Below, piece after piece: positions 1 to 9,237 of a stretch of DNA of 19,337 bases; position 1 is the stretch's first letter; each line of letters begins with the position of its first letter. This DNA is from Vitrella brassicaformis CCMP3155 (taxonomy: Eukaryota > Protista > Chromerida). A model generated the notes under the pieces. It was not told where the DNA came from, did no database searches, and saw nothing but the letters and a program-made list of their open reading frames with translations. The translations under genes and the position numbers were made by a program. The stretch spans positions 1 through 19,337 of the forward strand of contig CDMY01000796.1 in the NCBI GenBank assembly GCA_001179505.1, given 5' to 3'.

Positions 1-268
1 CCTGCAGTGCCCTCGAGATGGTCTCTGCGCGGGCAAGGCCCTCGGTGTGTGGGTGCTTGAGCTTGACGATGATGCGGTGGATGCCAGCTGCACTAGCTGA
101 ACGCGGTGGCGGACTGCTGAGCGCACGGACACTCGGCTGGTCGTTGGCGGCACCATCACTCACCGATAGAGAGCGATGATCAAGTCGTCGAGGAAGGATC
201 AAGGTGATGATGCCAAGAGAGAGGGCGAGGCACAGCAGAGTCCACACGATTCCCGCAAGCTGAGCCAT
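1..268 (-). CDS. 5' part of a secreted or membrane-anchored protein that runs off the left edge (absent from the ORF track); possibly a protease with a prodomain
   Basis: ATG at 268-266 opens a stop-free frame to base 2: MAQLAGIVWTLLCLALSLGIITLILPRRLDHRSLSVSDGAANDQPSVRALSSPPPRSASAAGIHRIIVKLKHPHTEGLARAETISRALQ. It has a strong hydrophobic N-terminus. RIIVKLK loosely resembles the first strand of subtilase I9 propeptides, which is weak evidence. Confidence 0.65.
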   Translation of the reverse strand, partial: MAQLAGIVWTLLCLALSLGIITLILPRRLDHRSLSVSDGAANDQPSVRALSSPPPRSASAAGIHRIIVKLKHPHTEGLARAETISRALQ

Positions 269-346
269 TGCCGACGATAGATAGGAGCGATGATCAAGTC
301 GTCGAGGAAGGATCAAGGTGATGATGCCAAGAGAGAGGGCGAGGCA
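171..346. repeat. Perfect 62-bp direct repeat (171-232 and 285-346)
   Basis: GAGCGATGATCAAGTCGTCGAGGAAGGATCAAGGTGATGATGCCAAGAGAGAGGGCGAGGCA occurs twice with a 114-bp period. Confidence 0.95.
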
Positions 347-356
347 AGAGTAGATC

Positions 357-650
357 AGGTGGAAGGTTCCAAGGTGGGAAGTGAAGATCTGGGCGTACGA
401 TATCTGCCTGACGATAGATGGAGGGATGGAGGGATAGATGGATGGATGGATAGATGGAGGACGGAGCTCCCCTCCCCTCTTTCCGTGAAACCGCCTTGGT
501 CTCCGCATGCGTGAAACCGAACCTCCAAACCGCAGCATCCATCCCTCCCTCCCTCCCTCCCATCTATCCCTCCATCTATCTATCCCTCCGTCTATCGGTC
601 GGGCAGATATCGTCCCAGATCTTCACTTCCCACCTTGGAACCTTCCACCT
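357..650. repeat. Inverted repeat with arms at about 357-460 and 536-650; the outer 37 bp are perfectly complementary
   Basis: 357-393 AGGTGGAAGGTTCCAAGGTGGGAAGTGAAGATCTGGG is the exact reverse complement of 614-650. Imperfect pairing continues inward through CGATATCTGCC and the GGAT/ATCC-rich tracts. Confidence 0.93.
484..519. promoter_or_regulatory. Candidate cis-element CGTGAAACCG, two copies (484-493 and 510-519), in the spacer of the inverted repeat between divergent genes
   Basis: An exact 10-mer is duplicated at the centre of a head-to-head intergenic region. Regulatory function is inferred from position only. Confidence 0.35.
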
Positions 651-761
651 CTTGTGCACCTTGGCCTCTCAGCGACACCTGCTGCCTCGCCGACTCGTTT
701 CATCTATCAGCTCCCGCCTCTCTCGCCGCTCTCAGTGTTCGCTTCTCTCGCTCCGCTCACC

Positions 762-1498
762 ATGAAGCTGCTTCTGTGCCTCGTTGGCGCCCTCCTGCTG
801 GCCGGTGCTGTCGTGGCCACCAACTCCACCACCAACGCCACGGTAGGCAGGCGACTCCATGCGCATTCCTCCAGTTGTCACTTCTCGTGTTGTCTCTGTC
901 TGTCTGTCTGTCTGTATGCATCTCTCGCCCAGGACGAAGGAGATGAGATGGTGGGCTCCTCACCCCTGCTGCCATGGTGCGATGCCTCACACGACGAACA
1001 CGCGAATCAATGGCCATCCTTGGATCATTGTGTTCTTTCTCCGTGTCGTGCTGCTGCTCTGTCTGTCTGTCTGTTTGCGTTTGGGTGTAGAGGCGCATCT
1101 ACGTTCGCAATACATGCCATGAGACGCTCCACATCGCAATTCGCATGAGAGCTCCGGGCGGCTTCTGGATCAGCCAATGTTGGTGGAAATTCCGTCCACA
1201 TGAGGGGAACTTCTTGGGCGATGAGAACGGCAGACGCCTCTACACCGATAATGGTCTGATCTACTACTACGCTGAGAGCGCCACCAAGCTATGGTCGGGC
1301 AAATACACGAGAACGTGTAATGGGCGAATTCTGGGGATGAGGGAGCACACCTACGTCGACTCGGACGGCGATGTGTACGTGCAGCTCTGGTGCAACAACA
1401 GACGCCTTCTCGGGGAGGCTTTCAGCACACAGACCGCAACCCCTGAAGACATGGAGTTCAAGCACACTCATGCTGACACCCAAGCTTTGGAGCATTGA
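762..1498 (+). CDS. Secreted ~168-aa protein with a DUF1036-like domain; exons 762-842, 933-950, 1091-1498
   Basis: Signal peptide MKLLLCLVGALLLAGAVVA is followed by NST/NAT sequons. GT-AG introns at 843-932 and 951-1090 keep the frame. The mature part IYVRNTCHETLHIAIR...FWISQCWWKFRP...YYYAES...WSG...C follows my recollection of the DUF1036 pattern (N-x-C..A..W...WW...YYYAE..W-x-G). It ends in RRLLGE plus an acidic tail. Confidence 0.8.
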
Positions 1499-3588
1499 TT
1501 GCTTGATCGATCCCGCGTGTGAGAAACACGTCACAGCGCTGCCCGTGTGGTGCTGGTGCGGTGCATCACATCATATCGTCAGCAGCGGTGGTGTGAGAGT
1601 TTTTCACCGGTCAGTTTTTGAATGTCTGTACGCGTCGTCGTGTGTTGCACGCATGCTAGGCTGGGCAGGGCTGTGGTTCAGCTCTCTGGGGCGCTCCTTT
1701 CGGAGTGGTCCGTCACATCTGTCTGTCTGTCTGTCTGCGTATTCATGAGTGTGTGTCGCCTTCGTGTTGTGTCAGCTGTGCTGTTCTTTGTTGAAGTCTC
1801 TGTGTGCGTGGTGCTTGGCGCCGTCGGTGCCTGTCAGGAAGAAATCGTCCACCGAGCCCTGACCTGTCCTGACCTGTCCTGACCTGAGTGCTTCGTTGTC
1901 TTTATTTGTGTGTGCTGTGCTGTGCTGTGATCTGATCTGCTGATTCTTTGTTAACAGCAAGTTACTGTACTCACTGCATCTGATGTGTGTGTGTGCGTGT
2001 GTGCGGTCCATGTGTGCATATCCATTCCATGACGGGGGGGATGGGGGGGAGGGGATGGGAGGGACGAGAGACAGACCCACGAGAGACACATGGCGTGCCG
2101 AGACAATCACGTCAAGTGAAAATGACATCATGATGGTATGACTGACACATGTGCCCGATTGTATGCATGAGAGCGAAATGTGCACAGCACGCGGCTCGCG
2201 ACACCCGTCGCCACAGCACACAAACATTGTCTGTCGCACAACTCAAATGCCATTCATTCATCGTAAGTCAGCTGACGTAATCGCGTCGAATGCGAACACA
2301 CACTCACACACACGAGTGTAATCCGGCCTTACACGCACCGATTCATTCACGCGAAGGGGCATACATATTCTGTCTCTCCGGCTGTGCATTCCACAATTAA
2401 ATGACACGGAAGAGCACTGAGGAACGACCAGACGCATCCGCTGCACACCAGCCAAGGGAGGGAGACTCAGGCGCGTGTATTTGTATACAAATGCACACAC
2501 ATACCTCACGTCTCATAACACATGTACAGACACGACGCAGTCAGCCCGACAGAGAGCCACATATCGATCCCATATGTCATCATGATGGATTAGCCGACAG
2601 ACTGACGGGTCAACCGACCAGCTCGGGCCTTGGTTGACGTGAAGGGCGATGTCGGCGCCTGCGCTCAGGCGTGCTTGAAATTCCATTTTGTCAGGCTGTT
2701 CTTGCTCAAGTGACAGACCGAGTCACATCCGATGATCACTTGTGTATATGTATGGGATGAATCTGTGCAGACATACATATACAATGAATGTCTCTCCACC
2801 GTCAGCCCACTAGGCACGCACGCAGACACCTAGAGGGGAAATTATCACAGGGTGTGCCAACGGCCAAAGCAAAAAGGGCGGCCAACAAAGACACACATAC
2901 AGTCAATCAAAGCGACCCCTCATCAAGCACACGGTCGATTGGAGAGAGAGGATGACAAGTGTGTCTATGCGTGGAGACTCCTGCGTGGTGTGAGCAGTGA
3001 TTGAGCGTGCGTTGCTCGCTGGTCGTTGCCTTGGATTGATTTCAAGTAATCAGCCGAGTTGCTTGCGATCTTGAAATGTTCACATATGTCTCGGGCAGAC
3101 AGGACGGTCCGAGATAGATATTCATGATATGCATGTACAAATCAAGATACACACACACAGCAGACCCCACCCACGCACAAACACAGAGAGACAGACAGAG
3201 ACAGACAGAGACAGACAGACAGAGAGACAGCTGGTTGGTCACGCACAAACACTGGTTCGCCGCTGGCTGCCTGAATGTCTGAATGGCTGGACAAATACAT
3301 ACGACTCATGTACACACACATCTATGTACGAGACGTTTGTATGCTCAGACACTACACACACACGATAGGATACATACACACCAAGACGTACACACATTAC
3401 ACCCGGAGCCGCAAATTACACCAAGCGTACAGGAAGAAACACATCAAAATTGAATTCCGCTGACTGGAAGACATGAAGCTTGCTTTCCTTCCCATCACCC
3501 TGTTGGCGGCCTCATCGGCCTATGCTTCATTCGCCCCCTCACCCACGCACAAACACAGAAAGAGCCACCAACCCACCAATCAGTCAAG

Positions 3589-5977
3589 TCAGTTGTCTCC
3601 AGTATCCTGTTTCATGACGTAGCACCTGGACAGCCACACCTTGCTGACCTCCTTGATGCGCTCGTGGTAGAGGTGGCAGTGGCCATTGGGGTTGTTGATC
3701 TCCCACTCAAACGCCGAACAACCCTTGTTGTGCTCCGACAACCCACCCGCCACAAACTGCTTCTGCCGCTCCACACATAGAGACGCGCAGTCGGCTGCTG
3801 ACACGGTCCGGCGCTTCGTCACGATCGCACGGCCGCTCTTCGTGCCCGTCACACACTTGCCGCGGCCCAGCAACTCAAACCGACCGTGTACGAAACCAGC
3901 TGCACACATGGAGACACACGTTACACACACGCTCCCCCTCTCTGTGTGTGTGTGCGTACTTGTCTTGCAGGGCGCGTTGGTCTTTCCCGGCTTGCACTCG
4001 GGTGCCGAAGCGAATATCTCGTTCTCGCAACACTGCTTAGCGCCGCCCGGCTTGCTGCCGCACTTTGCGCCTCCGCATTGGCCGCCGCACATGGACTCGC
4101 TGCAGCATGCACCACTGGCGGCCGCCAAGACACCCGCCGAGTTGGCGCATTCCAGCTGGTCAGGCAAGAGGCCCACACCTGATTGATACACAGACATACG
4201 GACAGTGCACACGGGCGTGTCCATGTCTGATTACTTGTCTTTCGGTAGCATCTGTGCCTTGCGTCTCCGTTGGACTTGGTGGGATGTCCAAACAGCATGT
4301 GGCACTGCTTGTGTGTGTGGATATCGGGGCTGTATGAGAAGTCGAAGGCCAGGCAGCCCTCCGTGTCGTCGCACGCCTCACCACACCGCTCCAAAGACGA
4401 CGCACCGATCGCTCGCCTGTTCTTGGCCGCAGCAGGCCTCGCGAAGTCGCATTGCCCGATGCCGGCCAGCTCGTAGTTGTTCTTGTCATCGGTGTCGAGC
4501 CGGGAATCTGCACGAGAAACACCGACACACGTACACTGATGTGTGACGGGGAAGGTGTGCGCAATGTGCGCTCACCGGCATTGCACGGCGCCTGTTTGTC
4601 TCGGTGGCACATTTTGCCCGACTTGGCCGCGTGGGCGCTGTTGCACCTCTGGTCAGGATTGTCGCTGCTGCACGTGGCGCAATCCCCGGGACAGCACCCA
4701 CCGTCACCGCTGGTGCTGGCCCGCCCCCTGATGGCCGAGCACTGCATCACGTGGTCCTTCTGGAAACACCGCTCACCCACCTCCCTCTTGACCTTAAAGG
4801 CAGGCGCCGTCTGGTTGACATTGACGAACAGCCGGCAGTTCTGGGGGTTGGTCAGGGTGATGTCGAACCCCTGACAAGTCGGCTCGGCCAGACACTTGCC
4901 GCTGCACTCTTCCATGGACTTGACGTGCGATGAGCTGGGGAGGGCCGATTTGTCTTGTGAGTCGGTGCACACGCCCTCGCCGAGGAGGGAGAAGCCGTCG
5001 GGGCGGCAGAGGCTCGTCTCCAGGTGGGGCAGTTGGCCGATCCGCCCCTTCTGCCCATACCGCATGCCGTACCCCACGTGGAAGCCCGTTTGGCCGTTTC
5101 GCACCTCGGTGAGCCGCTGACACGCACTCAGTGGCCAGGCGATGGGCAGGGTGCCGTGAAAATCATGCTCGCCAAAGAGCACGTCGGCGATAGCCCCGCC
5201 CTGCGGCCCCGGCAGCCATGCCACGACGAATGCGTCAGACAGGTTGATCTCTCTTGTGGTGTCGAGTGGCCGGCCGGTGAGGGCGATGATTGTGAGGGAG
5301 AAGGCCTCGTTGGCTGGCATTTTGCTGCGGATCGTGTGGAGCTTGTCGAGGATGGCGCGGTCGGTCCCGGCCCTCTGCATCCCGTCGCGCACAAGCCTCA
5401 CTGGTGCGGGGTAGAGGATGTCGCTGAGAGAGAGGCAAGGAAAGGAAGAAGGAATGGGCAATTCATGGGCGTGTTGGCGGCTGGCTGCCTGCCTCACCCA
5501 AAGTACTCGGCGTATGCTGCAGCAGCAGCAGCAGGAGAATCACAGGGGGGAAATACGCAATCGGTTGTTTGGTTGTTTTGAATCAGGCTTACTTTCCTCG
5601 GCAAGGCACATGATGGCGGCATCGAAAGGGCCCTGCTCATTAAAGGCCTTGGTGACGTCTGCCGACGTGCCGGCGAAAATCGCCTTGCCGCCTCTCTTAG
5701 ACACAATACCTTTCACACCTGCGCACACAGACAAGTGAGCAGTATGAACGGTCGCTGCCCTTGTGTCACCGCCCACCCACCCCCCCACCGACCGCCAAAA
5801 ATGGTGTGTGCCTTGCTGCCGAAGCCCTCGTTGCCGATGCCTCTGGGCCCCTGCCACTTGACCGTCCACCCTCCACTCTGGTGCTCTATCGAGTCGCACC
5901 CGTGGCCGGCCACCAACACCCGGCTGTCATTCCGCAGCGGCAGGGCAGACCCACCAGCGCCCCCACGCTCGTTCTTC

Positions 5978-6009
<32 letters not shown>

Positions 6010-7979
6010 AGCCACGTTGCGATGAGCGGGGCCGCCCATATTCTCGCCAAGAGCCCGCACACGCGGTGGTGGGCGGACGGGCAGCTTGATGGGTGCATCT
6101 TCGGGCAGGAAGATGAGGCCCAGGAGCGACTTGACGCGGAGGATGCGCTTGACGGCGTCGTGTATGCGTTGCTTTGGAATTTCTCCCCTCTTGATGGCCT
6201 GGAGTGTGTTGGTGTGGAAGTTCCTCCAGATGCCCCTGTCTGGTGCCATGAACATGTCGACGCCCGCGTTGACGGCGGCGTTGCAGTGGGTCAGCTCACA
6301 CGACTCTATGGACTCCCAGCCGTACCTGCATGGACGGACAACAGACACACTAGACCTCTGTGTGTGTGTTTGGGAGGAGGAATCCGTCCTAGCCGACCAG
6401 TCAGTAACGACGAGCCCCATGAAGTTCATTTGTGTCTTGAGGACGTCGGTGACCAGGTACTTGTGGCTCGTCAGGTGGTGTGACATCCACTCGTTGAACC
6501 CCACCATCACCGATAACGCACCCGCATTCAACGCGCCGTAGAAACCTGCACGAAGACACAACAGACACACGACACAATCACAGTCCGTTCTGTTGACAGC
6601 CATCCAGCCAGCCAGCCAGGGGCCAATGCATACACACATACCTCTAGCATGGACGTCGTGCAGCCGTTGTTCTGCAGCAACCATCACACCCGGCTCGCTC
6701 CCATGTGGACGTGACAACAGCACTTCCCTCTCTTCTTCTTTTCCATTCACGTACCCGATATTAGTGCGTTTCCCTGGTCCTCGCCTCTGTCGGTCTCCCC
6801 TTCACCGATCCAGTGTTTGGCCGTGGCCAGAATCCGCCCACCGCTCCCGTTAAGGAAGGCGTCAGGCACCAGAGGAGACCCCTGCACCCCCTTGATGAAC
6901 GCCTGGCTGTGGTTGGCCACACGATTGGGGTCCTGACCGAAGGTCTCGTACACACGGCCCTGGATGGACGACACGCATGCGCACGGAGGCAACGAGCGAT
7001 GAGGGCGGCTCTGTCCGTGGCTGTGTAGATGAAGTGGGACGTACCCATCTGTTTGCTTCGTCCTGTGTGACGGCGAGCATGGGAGCAAACACCCAGTCGA
7101 TGCCCGTGCGGGACATCTCCTGACCTGAACGCACAACAAATCGTCCACAGACAACCACAGTCTCTTGTTGGCATCGATGGTTCTTTTCTTTCACTCACCG
7201 GTGATCCTCCCCACTGTCTCGGTGAGTTTGGGGTCGTTTGCAGCCGACATGCCGATCATGTGTGGGAAGATGGTGGCAGTGGAGATGATGGCGTGCCCGT
7301 GGTTGCCGTCGATCGCCCAAGGCGCCCCAATCTTGATGGTCATCCTCCTGTCGCCCACCTTGACGTTGGCCACACTAAGCCTCGCCTCCCTGTAGAAGCG
7401 GTCCGCCACCTTCCGCCATGTCTTAGGCTCGTTGGTCACCCCAATCTCGTTGCCGGCGGTGTGCAAGAGGGCCCCCAGGCCCTTCTCGCGTACGTCGCTA
7501 GGTGTGCTCTCTGAGCCGATCTGTGCCATGATCATCTGGCCGACTTGCTTGTCGATGGGCATGGCTTCGACAATGGCGTCGAGCAGGGAGTCAATGCCAG
7601 CCGCGCTGTCGCCGCGGAGGGACCCTGTGCGCTTCATGGGAAGCTTGAGCAGCTCCCCCGTCACCTTGGGGCTCAGAGGGGCCCAGTGAACTGACACACA
7701 AAGAAAGCAGACAGAGTGTGCAAAGGTGCCGTGACGGGTCGATAGTCTGACTGACCTCTGTTTTCCTGCAGGCTGTCCGCCATGGGATCGCTGGAGTTGC
7801 CTGGCACACACACACACCCCTCCGCACACACTCACGGGCGCTGCGGTGCGTATTGCACTGCTTTCTGCGTCCTCCCACCTTCTGCTGTTGCGGTGTTGCT
7901 GTCGGGTATGTACACAGCCGTCAAGAGAAGTACACATACAAAAGTATAAAGCCTACTTACTCTTCCCGTATACAAGCAT
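3589..7979 (-). CDS. Glycoside hydrolase family 3 beta-glucosidase / beta-glucan exohydrolase-like protein with three C-terminal PAN/Apple-like domains and two Cys-rich modules (~1136 aa). Exons: 7979-7961, 7898-7836, 7800-7756 (these three tentative), 7690-7199, 7124-7045, 6959-6755, 6671-6642, 6545-6398, 6325-5793, 5718-5593, 5516-5498, 5423-4576, 4507-4235, 4178-3960, 3899-3589
   Basis: All junctions are GT-AG and phase-consistent (total 3411 nt). GH3 motifs seen: KQVGQM, IDGNHGH, ATIFPH, RWGRVYETF, ATAKHWIGEG, SVMVGF, VVTDW (nucleophile Asp), NAGVDMFM, RIHDAVKRILRVK, AVRKSLVLLKN, QSGGWTVKWQG, LAEETYAEYFGD (acid/base Glu region), AWLPGPQGGAIADVLFG, GTLPIAWP. Confidence 0.93.
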
Positions 7980-8206
7980 TTCAGGCAGCCTGTGGCCATC
8001 TCACTGACAGGCACAAACAGCGACGAAAAAACGCCCCTCAGTCACACGACCAACGAGGGGTGCGGGCGACGAACAGAGCATCCAGGGGTGGTGCTGAAAC
8101 GTGGCCTTCAAAAAGAAAAAAGGCCCGGCACCACTCCCTCTATTGTTATTTCAACCGCAAAAAACGAACGGGAGGGAAGGAGGAAAGATTACCCGCTCTG
8201 TCAAAT

Positions 8207-9237
8207 ATGGCGCCTCGCATCCCTGCGGCATGTGATCATCATGGCGGTGGCTTCTCTGACGACAACGTGGCTCCCTCGCTTGCCCAGTTCGTGCCTGGAT
8301 CTCCCTATGAGGCGTTCGTGCCGGGCACACAGCAGGCCAACACCACCGCCTCGCTTCAATACGTGAGCCAACACAACAACAGTCACGCGACAAGACACTC
8401 GCCATACCTTGCTGGGTTGTGTGGCCAGTCATTGCGGTATTTGCTACGACTGGCGGTCATGTTGATGGCGCATCTGCTGTTTGTCACGATCCATGTCGTC
8501 ATGTGGCTCTGTGGCGTCAACCTCCAGACCTTCGGCTTCACTATGGCTGACGGGACCATCACTGCTCTGGCGCTACGACTGGTGTGCACGCGGCTCTTTT
8601 TCTCTTACCCCTGGACGCTGCTCGCCGACTGGTGGCTCTTGAGCATCTGTGGGGCACGCGCGCCACGATGGCGGAATGCCGTCGACACGGTTGCGTTTGT
8701 GTCTGTGGCGGCTTTTCTGGAGTTCCGACACTGGGGATATCTGGTGTACTTCTTTGTACTGCAGTCCTGGGTCGGCTTTGCTGCCTCGATGCTGTCGAAG
8801 CACGCCAACGGAGACCGCGCAATCACTCTGAGAGTGCTGGCTTTCTTCCTATGGTATCCCTGCAGTCCGTTGCTGCTGCTGCTCACCGATGGGTCTGCGT
8901 GGATGGGCGTGCTGTATATCGCCGCGTGCCTCTCCTGGTTCACCTTTTACGTCGTCGCGGGCACACGGCAGCTGTACGAGGGGAGTCAGGAGATCAAGGC
9001 CATCAGCACCTTCAAGCTGGTCATGATTTTCCTGCCCGCCATGCTGGTGCTATCGGAAAGTCTGCTGCTCCACAACCGCATGGGCATACTCGACACACTG
9101 TTCTGTGCCAATACCAAGGGCGAAATGTCCGTGAGATGCCTTGCCGGCCAATTCGCTCCACGTGTGCCAGGTGTCGTGGTGTGTGTTTGTTGCTCAGATT
9201 TGACGCGGACCTGCAAGCCACCGCAGCCGAGCTATAA
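8207..9237 (+). CDS. Multi-pass (~7 TM) membrane protein of unknown family, ~319 aa; exons 8207-9126 and 9198-9237
   Basis: ATG at 8207 lies within ORF 7853-9355. About seven hydrophobic segments are visible by eye. The GTCCGT...CAG intron at 9127-9197 joins in frame to IFDADLQATAAEL*. Confidence 0.75.

Noticed and set aside
171-346. CRISPR-like repeat-spacer-repeat
   Set aside because: Only two 62-bp copies, eukaryotic context, no cas genes, and one copy is coding.
357-650. Calling the inverted repeat a MITE or other mobile element
   Set aside because: There is no target-site duplication at the arm ends. Weak homology continues past the perfect arm (CAAGAG / CTCTTG), which fits an inverted duplication better. 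Copy number cannot be assessed from this window.
507-1148. 213-aa ORF as a single CDS
   Set aside because: It has a non-ATG start in microsatellite/UTR sequence and reads through introns. Only 762-842 and 933-950 are supported.
2700-3470. ORFs 3042-3248, 3129-3368 and 3275-3463
   Set aside because: They are short, made largely of CA/ACAG microsatellite sequence, and lack convincing starts.
5024-6541. Long + strand ORFs (5024-5581, 5761-6483, 6086-6541)
   Set aside because: They are antisense shadows of GC-rich GH3 exons with no recognisable motifs.
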